Shown here in pieces: positions 37,250 through 47,120 of a stretch of 64,000 bases of DNA. The stretch lies in NCBI GenBank assembly GCA_944326725.1, contig CALVFA010000012.1, positions 1,283-65,282 of the forward strand, in the 5' to 3' direction. The position numbers and the translations under genes are program-made. Position 1 is the stretch's first letter. Each line of letters starts with the position of its first letter. The notes under the pieces are model-generated. The model was not told where the DNA came from, did no database searches, and saw only the letters and a list, made by a program, of their open reading frames with translations. This DNA is from an uncultured Elusimicrobiales bacterium (GTDB lineage Bacteria; Elusimicrobiota; Elusimicrobia; Elusimicrobiales; Elusimicrobiaceae).

Positions 37250-37873
37250 CTATAACTCTTTTCCTTTTAACAGCTCTTCCGCCCCCGCCACTTTTGATAT
37301 TTTTACCGGCTCCAAAAGGCAAGCCTCTTGCAACTTTTGGATCAGCGCCATAAAATCTTTTTCCGGGCCCTTTTTCAGCTCCAGTTCTATTTCCCGGCGC
37401 GCCCGCTTCTTTTCTGCCGCATATACGGTGTAGCGGTCCAGCGCCGCCTCACATTCCGCCTGCCCGGCATAAACAAGGTAAATCCGCCGCCGGTTGCGCA
37501 GCACAAAACGCACCCGCAAAGAATGCAGCGGCATATTTTCCCACAGGGTCATTTTTTCCAGCTCTTTTAATGCAGAGGCAAAAGAACGCGCTTTTGGCAG
37601 CGGTTGGGTCAATTCCCGACGGCAGGCCAGGCCGTTGACTAAAGCGGTGCGGGTCTTAAGTGTGGCTTCAAATTTACCTCTCTGGCAGCGAATGCGCAAC
37701 GCCACTTTTTGCGCAGAAAAATCCCCCCTGGCGTTATCCAGGTATGTATCGGTAATGCGAATATCTTCAGGGGCGCAAATCCGCTCTGCCGCATTACTAA
37801 GAGCTCTTTCAAAACGCGCAAAAGCGCCGCGCGGGGCAGCGTCCCATTTAAACTCTCTTTCTATATCAGCCAT
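37250..37873 (-). CDS. CYTH-domain triphosphatase
   Basis: IEREFK, DTYLD, ALRIR, TLK, EIELELKKG, SK. Confidence 0.88.
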   Translation of the reverse strand: MADIEREFKWDAAPRGAFARFERALSNAAERICAPEDIRITDTYLDNARGDFSAQKVALRIRCQRGKFEATLKTRTALVNGLACRRELTQPLPKARSFASALKELEKMTLWENMPLHSLRVRFVLRNRRRIYLVYAGQAECEAALDRYTVYAAEKKRARREIELELKKGPEKDFMALIQKLQEACLLEPVKISKVAGAEELLKGKEL

Positions 37874-37946
37874 ATATAAAGTGTATCAAAAACGGCACTT
37901 GCCGGGCCCCGCCGAACAAAAAGTATAATAGAAAAAAGGAGGATGT

Positions 37947-38432
37947 ATGAAAAAATTGCGTCAGCCCACTTCTTTAAAATGTTTTGCCTGCGGCCGGGAA
38001 AACCCTTTAGGCCTGCATTTGGAATGGTATAACAATTACGATGAAAATCAGGTGGAAGCTTCTTTTGAACTGGGGGACGATTATTGCTCTTACCCCGGCG
38101 TGGTGCACGGCGGCATTGTGGCTACCATTTTAGATGAAACTTCCGGCCGGGCCGTTTTGCTCTCCAATGATTTCAACCGCCTGATGGTTACTCTTAAAAT
38201 GGAAGTGGTCTATAAGAAAGTAACCCCCACCCACACCCCGCTCAAAGCTATAGGCCGCGTGATTAAAAACGGCGCCGGCCGGGCGCAGGTGGAAGGAGAA
38301 ATACTCCTGCCCGACGGCACAGTAAGCGCCAAGTGCGTTTCTTTGCTCTATAAAATGCCGCAGGAAGTAAAAGACAACTGGGGACCAGAGGCCGAGGAAT
38401 GGGCCCGCACCACCCCCAAAGTAGAAGAATAA
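37947..38432 (+). CDS. PaaI-family thioesterase
   Basis: CFACGRENPLGL, YPGVVHGGIVATILDE. Confidence 0.9.
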   Translation: MKKLRQPTSLKCFACGRENPLGLHLEWYNNYDENQVEASFELGDDYCSYPGVVHGGIVATILDETSGRAVLLSNDFNRLMVTLKMEVVYKKVTPTHTPLKAIGRVIKNGAGRAQVEGEILLPDGTVSAKCVSLLYKMPQEVKDNWGPEAEEWARTTPKVEE

Positions 38433-38794
38433 AAAAACTGCTTTTCATTCTTTTTCTCACTGCCCCGGTTTAACAGCCGGGGCTTGTGAAAACTAAAACA
38501 CTCCCGCTGTTCCCTTTCTTTCTTTTTATTTTATTTCTCACACAACGTTACTGAGCACAATCAAACGCGTATCGTGTTATTCAGATTACTCAATAATAGC
38601 CCCTCAGAAATATTTATTCAATGTGTTGTCATTGGCCCCAGGACTCCCCAAGCCCCAGGCTTTCTTTTTTCAAATTCCGCTTCACGCTATTTCGCCCGCC
38701 GCTAACGCCTTCTAAGAGCGTTCTATTCTCTTATGGTGAGGAGTCCCTCTACTTTTCAGACTCCCGCTTGGGATTTTGATGAAAAAACAAATAA

Positions 38795-38840
38795 AAAAGC
38801 CGCTTGATACCAAGCGGCTTTTAAAATGGTGGGGCAGCAA
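38795..38840 (-). other. Orphan tRNA-like 3' end (TTGCTGCCCCACCA) plus terminator at island border
   Basis: TGGTGGGGCAGCAA at 38827-38840 next to hairpin AAAAGCCGCTTG-atac-CAAGCGGCTTTT, the same layout as the two intact tRNAs. Confidence 0.5.
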
Positions 38841-39188
38841 TTTTTGATGGGTTGCCGGTTCTTAGAACGCCGGGTGGTGACGCGCAATTCCCTGTTTATC
38901 AGGCAATTAACAGGCAAAAAACAGGCATTTGAAAACTTTATCCTTTGGATTTTGAGGACTTGTTGGAATGCTATCCCTCTTCAGAGAAATATCCGCCAAA
39001 AACACTTCAAATTCCCTACGCAGAGTAACAGGGAAGATATAGGGAAATGTTAGGCAGAGGCTGGGAAAAAATATACAAATATGGGGAAGACCAAAATATT
39101 CATTTATATTTGTATACTAATGCTTTAAAATTGATTTAAATATTAAATGGCATATTGTGTTAATAAATTGTTATTAGGAGAACGTAAA

Positions 39189-39806
39189 ATGAAACGAGAA
39201 TTAAGAGATATTTTTCCAGAACCAGAACGCAAGAGATCTGTAACTGGATTTGTAAAATGGTATGAAAATGGACTTCAAAAAGTGAAGGAAAATCTAAATC
39301 TATTTCAAGAAGAAATAAAATCATCTGGTAAACGAGATAGCAAAAATAGTCCTACGGCAAAAAGATTAAAAGAAGAGACGGGGGCATTATATAATCTTCT
39401 GATAGATGATTTATATGGATTTTCTAATTGTATGGTAGAACCCAATTGGGGAAATCAGCCGTTTGATGTTAAAATAGAGGGGCATCAGGAATATAAATAT
39501 ATAGAAATTGTTTCAGTTGGTGCATATGATGAAACGGTAAAAGAAAATTCTTTTAAATCCTTTGGATTCGAGGTTGTAGATCCTATTGTTCAAAATATAG
39601 AAAAAGCTATTGAACGCAAAAAAGGAAAAAAATATGATAAACGTTATGCGCTACTTGTATATTATAACAATGAACAAATATTGGCGAAACCATGGCAAGA
39701 GAAATTATGTGAACAACTAATGCAAAAAAATATATCTCATGGCTGTTTTGCAGATATTTTTATTACGGGATTTTCTATGGGGGCTCCTGTCTGGAAATTA
39801 CCTTAA
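39189..39806 (+). CDS. Hypothetical protein, possible PD-(D/E)xK-like fold
   Basis: SD AGGAG before MKRELRDIF; PFDVKIEG...YIEIV motif. Confidence 0.6.
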   Translation: MKRELRDIFPEPERKRSVTGFVKWYENGLQKVKENLNLFQEEIKSSGKRDSKNSPTAKRLKEETGALYNLLIDDLYGFSNCMVEPNWGNQPFDVKIEGHQEYKYIEIVSVGAYDETVKENSFKSFGFEVVDPIVQNIEKAIERKKGKKYDKRYALLVYYNNEQILAKPWQEKLCEQLMQKNISHGCFADIFITGFSMGAPVWKLP

Positions 39807-39834
39807 ATAAAGTGATTATAAAAAATAAATTTCC

Positions 39835-40671
39835 CTATTTCTCCTTAATCTGTTTTTTAGGTGTAAAGTCCGGCAGGGAACTCTTGGATGTAACTACTTT
39901 CGTTCCAGTGGCTTCTTCAAATTGCAAACGCGCTTGTTTGGCGAGCTTGCCGCCTTTGCGACCTGCCTCTTTATTCTCTTGCACACCTTCGGCTTGGTCT
40001 TTTTCCGCTATTTGGCGGGTGGATAACTCGGCCAACGCCGTAAAAAGCAGTTCGGCCTCGCTCATGTGCTCGCGCAGGTTTTCATGCTCCAACCCTTTTA
40101 GCTTTTTGTGTTGGGCAACCGATAAATCACTCCATTCTTGGTGGATAATGTTTGTCAGCATGGCAAAATCATCCGATTTGGTTACCCCGTGTGCTTGCCA
40201 GTAATCGGTCAGTTTGTTGCGGGTTTCTTGGCCCATCATCCGCTGTTGTATCCACTTTTGGCTGCGTCCTTGCGCTTTCCAATGGGAACGTGCGCGGTCT
40301 AGTGCCTTGGAAGGATCCGCCGTTTCTTGGATGCGTTCATACCCCACTTTGGCAAGCCACAATTTAAACGGCTCTGCTTTGGGGCTTGGAATGGACTGGA
40401 TAAGGCGCAACAGTTGTTCTGGATTAGCTACATCTGTTAGGCGCATTTTTCCATCTTCGGCGGGAAATTTCAACTGGCTACAATTTGTAGCCGTTTGATT
40501 TCCTTCATTTTTTAAGCGAGTTTTTAGGACGCTCCAGTATTTCCTAGGATTATTACTTTGCGTAAGTGCATAAATCACATCCACGATAGAAAAATACCAC
40601 GTTTCCGTCTTCGCATCATACTGGCGGCGGATTTTGAAATCTTCAAAAATAGCAAGTGCTGATTTAGTCAT
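39835..40671 (-). CDS. Bro-N domain protein
   Basis: WYFSIVDVI, RKYWSVLK, DGKMRLTD, IQSIPSPKAEPFKLWLA. Confidence 0.9.
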   Translation of the reverse strand: MTKSALAIFEDFKIRRQYDAKTETWYFSIVDVIYALTQSNNPRKYWSVLKTRLKNEGNQTATNCSQLKFPAEDGKMRLTDVANPEQLLRLIQSIPSPKAEPFKLWLAKVGYERIQETADPSKALDRARSHWKAQGRSQKWIQQRMMGQETRNKLTDYWQAHGVTKSDDFAMLTNIIHQEWSDLSVAQHKKLKGLEHENLREHMSEAELLFTALAELSTRQIAEKDQAEGVQENKEAGRKGGKLAKQARLQFEEATGTKVVTSKSSLPDFTPKKQIKEK

Positions 40672-40681
40672 ATAGCCTCCT

Positions 40682-41266
40682 TTAATTCATCCGGACAAGT
40701 TTGCCTAAAATTTGGACGGAATCGTCTGCCGGGAACGGTTCGTATTTGGCCTTATTGTCAGATACCAATCGGTAGGCGGGGCCATTTTCGGTGTTATACT
40801 GACCAAGCCGTTTGACTTTAAGGCCGTCCCCGCGACGACACAATACCACACTGCCCACAGCAGGTAACTCGCTCGTTTTGCGGAACATTAGCATATCCCC
40901 GTCACTAATAGACGGCTCCATAGAATCGCCTTTGGCCCTGATAAAAAATAAATCCTGCGTAGGAGTCGGCAAAAACTTAGTGGGCATATTTACATAGTCC
41001 ACAATGTTTTCCTCGGCAAAAATGTCCGTATCCCCGCATTGTGCAAATCCGTAAAAGGGGATAGGCGTAAACTCATCCACGGGCCTATGGGTAGCAATAA
41101 GCGCGTGCCCGTTGCGCTCTAAAAAGTTTTCTTTAATCAGTTTGCGGATATGCACGTGCACAGTGCTGACCGATTTTAAGCCAACCGCTTTAGCCAGTTC
41201 TGCCAAAGTGATTTGCGGGTTTTGCTGGACGAGTTCCAAAATTTGTTTTTGTTTTGCCGAAAGCAT
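40682..41266 (-). CDS. LexA-like repressor (wHTH plus intact S24 peptidase)
   Basis: LAELAKAVGLKSVSTVHVH, CG cleavage site, GDSM, KVKR; start MLSAKQ. Confidence 0.88.
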   Translation of the reverse strand: MLSAKQKQILELVQQNPQITLAELAKAVGLKSVSTVHVHIRKLIKENFLERNGHALIATHRPVDEFTPIPFYGFAQCGDTDIFAEENIVDYVNMPTKFLPTPTQDLFFIRAKGDSMEPSISDGDMLMFRKTSELPAVGSVVLCRRGDGLKVKRLGQYNTENGPAYRLVSDNKAKYEPFPADDSVQILGKLVRMN

Positions 41267-41285
41267 AGTGTTCTCCAATACAAAC

Positions 41286-41365
41286 AGTATAACTCTTTTT
41301 ACAAAAAGAGTCAATTTCTATACAAAATAGAAAAAGTTGACATAAAATAGAAAATATGTTTTAAT
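41286..41365. promoter_or_regulatory. Divergent promoter pair with palindromes
   Basis: Minus TTGACT-17-TATACT (41314-41286) containing ACTCTTTTT-ac-AAAAAGAGT; plus TTGACA-17-TTTAAT from 41337; TTTCTA-N7-TAGAAA at 41315-41333. Confidence 0.65.
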
Positions 41366-41459
41366 ATAGCGTGGGTTTTGCCGTTATCGGCAAGGGAAAA
41401 TTATAAGTTCGAGGGGGATAACTATGGAAACAAATAAAACATAACATAAGGAGACGTAT

Positions 41460-42521
41460 ATGACTGACAATGAAGTAAAAGAAGTAACCGCGCAAGCGGA
41501 ACAACCTACCACCGCACCCAAACAATACGAAGTGGGGTACGGTAAGCCACCTAAAAGCACACAATTCAAACCCGGCCGAAGCGGTAATTCAAAAGGCCGC
41601 ACCAAAGGCAGTAGAAACGGTATATACACTTATATCCAGCGCGAATTAAACTCGTCCATTACGCTTACGGACGGCTCTAAAATTACCAAAGAACAAGGTT
41701 TTGCAAGACAACTAACCAATAAGGCACTACGCGGCGATATCCAAAGCCAAAAGCTATTATTTAATATACACCAAAAGGGTCAGCGTAAGGATAAGGCCGA
41801 ACTTTTTATGGGCCGCCTGATTAAAGAGGGGTACGTGACGGAAGAAATGATAGATAATTTCCTCTATCATAACAAGATTATATCGTCTGCCAAGCCGTGC
41901 GACCCGATGAAGTGCGACCTTAACCTAAACGCCATGTTTAAGCAGATAGGTGGTAGGAAGGCATTTGGCACAGCTCTTATCTTGTCAGACTTACTATGTA
42001 CTTACGCTTGCCTTGCCATTTTGGAAAACCTTGGGGAAGAAATATCCCGAGAATATGCCTATTGGCAAGGGGTAGATGATGCAACTGCTAATCTTGCCGA
42101 AGAACAAAAGGCAACGCTCTGCCAAACCTTAGCCAAAAATCGCTCCATACCACGAATTACGGACGAGCAATACGAACAAATCCAAAAAGTAATAGAACTG
42201 GTGCGCGTTGGGTTTATGCGGCAATTCAAAGAGTATATGGACTTGATGGTCGAGAAAAGCGAGTATGCCACCGTAGAATGGGAATTTAAGCGTGGCGACA
42301 TGCTAACCCAAGCGCTAAAAAAGACGCATTTCCAATGGGAAATGAAAGAACTAAACGACAGCTACGAGCATTTCAAGAATGTGTACGAAACCGCTCAGAT
42401 GTTGCCCGACGCCAAACAATGTGAGAAGTACATTGCCGAGCTAAACATTAGCGAAGAAGATGCCATTAAAACAATTAAAGAGTTAGTAGTACCGTTGGTA
42501 TTTAAACGATACAAAGAATAA
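41460..42521 (+). CDS. DUF5681-domain protein
   Basis: YEVGYGKPPKSTQFKPGRSGNSKGR. Confidence 0.8.
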   Translation: MTDNEVKEVTAQAEQPTTAPKQYEVGYGKPPKSTQFKPGRSGNSKGRTKGSRNGIYTYIQRELNSSITLTDGSKITKEQGFARQLTNKALRGDIQSQKLLFNIHQKGQRKDKAELFMGRLIKEGYVTEEMIDNFLYHNKIISSAKPCDPMKCDLNLNAMFKQIGGRKAFGTALILSDLLCTYACLAILENLGEEISREYAYWQGVDDATANLAEEQKATLCQTLAKNRSIPRITDEQYEQIQKVIELVRVGFMRQFKEYMDLMVEKSEYATVEWEFKRGDMLTQALKKTHFQWEMKELNDSYEHFKNVYETAQMLPDAKQCEKYIAELNISEEDAIKTIKELVVPLVFKRYKE

Positions 42522-42646
42522 TTCTGTGTATAACCCGGCAATATACTGCCGGGTTCGCTATATGAATAAAGGAAATGTTCTTTGTCTCTTCAAGGAATTT
42601 TCATTAAAACTTTAAAATGGGTATAATAATCTTAATAGGAACGTAT

Positions 42647-43687
42647 ATGAACAAACCGATAGTTGCTATTGACTTGTTTTGTGGTGCCGGGGGGCTTACA
42701 CGGGGAATGCTTGACGCCGGGGTAGATGTAATTGGTGGATTTGATATTGCTACTGATGCGCAATATGCTTATGAGCATAATAATATACGGTCTAACGGGC
42801 AATCTTGTCGGTATTTCAATCAAGATGTATCTACACTAACATCCGAACAAATTTCTAAATTGGTTGGCTCTAGAAGAAATAAAACGTTATTAATGGCAGG
42901 GTGTGCACCTTGCCAGCCTTTTTCTGCTCAAAATAGGAATAAATGCAGACAAGATATACGTAGAAATTTATTGTTACAGTTTGCCAGATTAATTAGGGAA
43001 TGTAAGCCGGATCTCGTTTTTATGGAAAATGTTCCCGGATTGCCGGCATTGGCCCCCCAAGTATTTAATCAATTTCTGGAAAGCTTGAAGGAAACTGGCC
43101 TTGAGAGTATAGATTATGGAGTAGTGAATGCTAAAGATTACGGTGTTCCGCAAAATCGTAGGAGATTTGTTCTCCTGGCATCTGCCCGATCATCAGTCTC
43201 TATACCATCTCCGCTATATGCACCTGATAAATACAAAACAGTTAAAGAAACTATTTCGTCTTTCCCTGCGATTCAAGCCGGGCAAAGTAATGACTCTTTT
43301 CCCAACCACAGGTGTGCCGGATTATCAGAAAAAAATCTGTTGAGATTAAAATTCATCAAACATAATAGAAAAGAATTGCCGCCAAATTTAATCTTGGAGT
43401 GCCATAAAAGCAACACCAGCCATTCAGATACCTATGGTAGAATGTCCTGGGACAAACCTGCTCCCACTCTCACTACTAAATTTTTTTCTATAAGTAACGG
43501 CCGTTACGCCCATCCGCAACAGAACAGAGCTATATCCCTAAGGGAAGGTGCCGCTTTACAAAGTTTTCCAGATAATTATAAGTTTGCAGGTTCTATGCAA
43601 AGCATAGCACGGCAAATTGGAAATGCAGTTCCTCCGCTTCTTGCTAAACACATAATAAAAACACTATTATCAGCGTCTGGAGATTAA
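42647..43687 (+). CDS. dcm: C5 cytosine DNA methyltransferase 1
   Basis: DLFCGAGG, PCQPFS, ENVPG, PQNRRR, SLREGAALQSFP, QIGNAVPP. Confidence 0.95.
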   Translation: MNKPIVAIDLFCGAGGLTRGMLDAGVDVIGGFDIATDAQYAYEHNNIRSNGQSCRYFNQDVSTLTSEQISKLVGSRRNKTLLMAGCAPCQPFSAQNRNKCRQDIRRNLLLQFARLIRECKPDLVFMENVPGLPALAPQVFNQFLESLKETGLESIDYGVVNAKDYGVPQNRRRFVLLASARSSVSIPSPLYAPDKYKTVKETISSFPAIQAGQSNDSFPNHRCAGLSEKNLLRLKFIKHNRKELPPNLILECHKSNTSHSDTYGRMSWDKPAPTLTTKFFSISNGRYAHPQQNRAISLREGAALQSFPDNYKFAGSMQSIARQIGNAVPPLLAKHIIKTLLSASGD

Positions 43688-43688
43688 T

Positions 43689-45431
43689 ATGACAATTGAA
43701 ACGTTTAAAATGACGGTATATCCCAAAACAATCGAACATTTGGGAATAAAGATGTATGCCACTTTTCCGATTGCATTAGCCGAATTAATTGCAAATGCTT
43801 ATGACGCAGAAGCTACCCGTGTGGATATCAAAATTGTAACAACAGGAGAAAAGTCAATACAGGTAATCGATGATGGAATCGGCATGACCCCAGAAGAAGT
43901 AAACAGTAAGTTTTTGGTTATAGGACGCAACCGAAGAGAAGAGGAAAATAAATTAACAAATTCCAAAAATAGACATATTATGGGAAGAAAAGGTTTGGGG
44001 AAATTAGCCCTATTTGGCCTCGGAAATACCGTTCAAATTAGAACACAAGTAGAAAATGAAACACTAGGAGTATCCTTCACTTTGGATTGGGATGAATTAA
44101 GACATCAAACTGAATATGAAACCAAGGCTACTTATTTTGAAAAATCAAGGGAAAGTCATGGAACAACGGTTACTCTTTCTAATCTTAAAAAGAGGATTTC
44201 ATTCTCAGCACAGGAATTGGCTGAGGATCTTTCCCAATTATTTTATGGTCTGGACGACTCATTTCACGTTTATGTACAAATTGATGAGCAGCCGATTATA
44301 GAAGTGAGCCAGCAATTACGTTTTGCGAAATTGGAAAAAGAATTTGAATGGGATCTTCCGAAGGATATTCCAAATGACATAGGACAAAATTACCCTAATA
44401 GAAGCAAAGTCACAGGGAAATTATTCACCACTCCCAAACCGAATAATTGTAGGGGCATTGCTCTGTATGCCAACGGACGCATGGTTAGCGCGCCTTCATT
44501 CTTCAATCTAAAAACTTCAAGTTATATATATGCATATTTAACAGGGGTATTAAAGGTCGATTTTATAGACGATGATTTAACAGAAGAAATTATTACAACA
44601 AACAGACAGGCTATTGACTGGTCTTCAATTGCTGCCGAAGGTTTAGAACAATATTTACAGGAAGTCATTAAATTTATCGAAGAAAATTGGAGAAGAGAAC
44701 GCCCCAAAAAGAAAGTGGAAAAATTGAAAAAATTTGAAGATGAATTAAAAGCAAAAGCTACTGAATATAAGGATAAAGTGAGTAAAAAAATAGCGGATTC
44801 TATATGTCAGGAATCCAGTCAAAATGTCGCTAAAGAAAAAATAACTTCTGATATTAAAAATATTCTTGAGGGAGAAAATCCTCTTCTCGGGTTAAAAAGA
44901 CAAATTCATTCTATTAAGAAGAAAATTCTACTAAGCCATTCGGGAGGAGACAAAAGATTATCGGATTTAATTTATGATTTGTTGGTATATAATGGTATCC
45001 CAGAAGACGAGATTCTCTATACCAGTTCTGACAATCCCGATTCCATGATACCTGAAGGATTGGCCGTGTTGGACTATCTGAGGAAATTCTTTGTTGATAG
45101 TCTCTCTGATGAAAAAATGTATGTTATATATGTGACCAGTGAAGAGATGTCTCATCGTTGGTCTCCTATGCTGGAAGTGGGAGCTGGGTGGATTACTCAA
45201 TCTAAACATAAAGTATTCAATATCCGTGAGTTTAAGCCGAAAAAGCCATTAGATATAGATACCGAATGGTTTGAGTGTGGTTTTGACCGAAAGAACAATA
45301 AGTTAAGCTTCTCTGAACGGGATATAACTATATTTATCGAGAAAATTAAGTCGGTGTGTTCCAGCCTTGGTTATACTCCAAGAACAGACGCGCAACTCCA
45401 GAAAAAATTAAAAACAGTATTAAAGAATTAA
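43689..45431 (+). CDS. GHKL (MORC-like) ATPase fused to C-terminal TIR-like domain
   Basis: ELIANAYDA, DDGIGM, GRKGLGKLA, HGTTV; C-terminal ILLSHSGGDK...VIYVTS...MLEVGAGW. Confidence 0.8.
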   Translation: MTIETFKMTVYPKTIEHLGIKMYATFPIALAELIANAYDAEATRVDIKIVTTGEKSIQVIDDGIGMTPEEVNSKFLVIGRNRREEENKLTNSKNRHIMGRKGLGKLALFGLGNTVQIRTQVENETLGVSFTLDWDELRHQTEYETKATYFEKSRESHGTTVTLSNLKKRISFSAQELAEDLSQLFYGLDDSFHVYVQIDEQPIIEVSQQLRFAKLEKEFEWDLPKDIPNDIGQNYPNRSKVTGKLFTTPKPNNCRGIALYANGRMVSAPSFFNLKTSSYIYAYLTGVLKVDFIDDDLTEEIITTNRQAIDWSSIAAEGLEQYLQEVIKFIEENWRRERPKKKVEKLKKFEDELKAKATEYKDKVSKKIADSICQESSQNVAKEKITSDIKNILEGENPLLGLKRQIHSIKKKILLSHSGGDKRLSDLIYDLLVYNGIPEDEILYTSSDNPDSMIPEGLAVLDYLRKFFVDSLSDEKMYVIYVTSEEMSHRWSPMLEVGAGWITQSKHKVFNIREFKPKKPLDIDTEWFECGFDRKNNKLSFSERDITIFIEKIKSVCSSLGYTPRTDAQLQKKLKTVLKN

Positions 45432-45505
45432 TTACAATTCGGTATACGTGCGATTTCTTCTTGACTTTTTGCCTCATAGTAAGCCTAAATAGAACAAGAG
45501 GGCTT

Positions 45506-45952
45506 ATGGACCGTTTAACAAAAGAACAACGCCACCGCAACATGCAAGCAATCCGGTCTTCGGGAACGGAGATAGAACTCATGCTGGCGAAAGCATTGTG
45601 GCATAAAGGATACCGTTACCGGAAAAATTGTAAAAATATTATCGGGAAACCGGATATTGTGTTCAGAAAATATAAGATCGCTGTTTTTTGTGACAGTGAA
45701 TTTTGGCATGGAAAAGATTTCAAAAAAACTGCCAAAAGGATCGGAACTAATAAAGAATTTTGGAAAAATAAAATTTTAAGAAACCGTGAAAGAGACCGTG
45801 AAGTAACAGCCCAATTAAAAAGAAACGGATGGCGGGTATTACGTTTTTGGGAAACGGAAATTAAGAAAAATCTTCCTGCTTGTATTAATGAAATAGAACA
45901 AAATATTGAAGAAGTAATATTTCAACAAAAAATATCTGATATCCAAATATGA
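45506..45952 (+). CDS. vsr: Very short patch repair endonuclease
   Basis: MDRLTKEQRHRNMQAIR, GKPDI, FCDSEFWHG, GWRVLRFWE. Confidence 0.95.
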   Translation: MDRLTKEQRHRNMQAIRSSGTEIELMLAKALWHKGYRYRKNCKNIIGKPDIVFRKYKIAVFCDSEFWHGKDFKKTAKRIGTNKEFWKNKILRNRERDREVTAQLKRNGWRVLRFWETEIKKNLPACINEIEQNIEEVIFQQKISDIQI

Positions 45953-45986
45953 ATTGTAAAAGGTATAATTTAAGAAAGGAATATTT

Positions 45987-47120
45987 ATGAAGGCACCGCA
46001 AATATTTTCATTTTTTTCCGGCATAGGATTTTTAGATTTAGGCTTTGAGAAAGCGGGGTTTGTATCTGCCTTTGTAAATGAATTTGATCCTGATTTTTTG
46101 CATGCCTACCAGTACGCCAGGAAACAAATGCATATACAACCTCCTTTGTATGGTTATCTTCAGGGATCTGCCGAATCTGTTTTAACCGGTAAAGACGCAA
46201 ATAATTTTAAGAAGATTTTTTCAGCAGCCCAAAAAAGCGGTTCACCTGTTGGCTTTATCGGAGGACCACCTTGCCCGGATTTCTCTGTCGGTGGAAAAAA
46301 CCGCGGCAAAACTGGTTCAAACGGACGGTTAACCCAAGTATATGCGGATATTATTTGTCAGTATAAGCCTGATTTCTTTGTATTCGAAAATGTAAAAGGC
46401 TTGTGGCGGACGAAAATACACCGGGCTTTCTACGAAGAAATTAAAAAACAATTCGAAAGTAATGGGTATGTGTTGTTTGAACGGTTAATCAATGCATTAG
46501 AATACGGTGCTCCTCAAGACCGCGAACGCATTATCCTGATCGGATTTAACAAAAAATCTAAGATTTTGAAGAATTTACCTAAAGAAATGCCGTGGAATTC
46601 CCAAATATTGTTTACCCGGGAACAAGTAAAGAAACAGGCATGGCCGGATACAGAACTCCCTAAAAAAGACCGTACAGCTCCCAAGGGAATTATCAAGTCA
46701 TTAACCGTTCAATATTGGTTTGATAAAAACCGGGTTCTGAACCATCCTAACCAAGCCCACTGTTTTACGCCCAGATCGGCTCTAAGCAAATTTAAAACTA
46801 TCCCGGAAGGGGATGTGGCCAAGAAATCCTTTAAACGTTTGCACCGTTGGCGTTATTCTCCGACAGCTGCCTATGGAAATAATGAAGTACATATCCACCC
46901 TTATGAAGCCCGCCGTATTTCAGCGGCTGAAGCGTTAGCTATTCAGTCTCTTCCAAGAGAATTTGTTCTTCCTCCCGATATGTCTTTATCAGACATGTTT
47001 AAGACGATAGGAAACGGAGTCCCTTATAAAGCTGCATATGGTATTGCAAAAACCATATTAGAGTTTATAAACTATAAGTATGAGGATAACTCCGGAAAAC
47101 ATCGTAAAAGCAATAAATAA
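45987..47120 (+). CDS. dcm: C5 cytosine DNA methyltransferase 2
   Basis: FFSGIGFLDLG, GGPPCPDFS, ENVKG, PQDRER, IGNGVP. Confidence 0.95.
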   Translation: MKAPQIFSFFSGIGFLDLGFEKAGFVSAFVNEFDPDFLHAYQYARKQMHIQPPLYGYLQGSAESVLTGKDANNFKKIFSAAQKSGSPVGFIGGPPCPDFSVGGKNRGKTGSNGRLTQVYADIICQYKPDFFVFENVKGLWRTKIHRAFYEEIKKQFESNGYVLFERLINALEYGAPQDRERIILIGFNKKSKILKNLPKEMPWNSQILFTREQVKKQAWPDTELPKKDRTAPKGIIKSLTVQYWFDKNRVLNHPNQAHCFTPRSALSKFKTIPEGDVAKKSFKRLHRWRYSPTAAYGNNEVHIHPYEARRISAAEALAIQSLPREFVLPPDMSLSDMFKTIGNGVPYKAAYGIAKTILEFINYKYEDNSGKHRKSNK

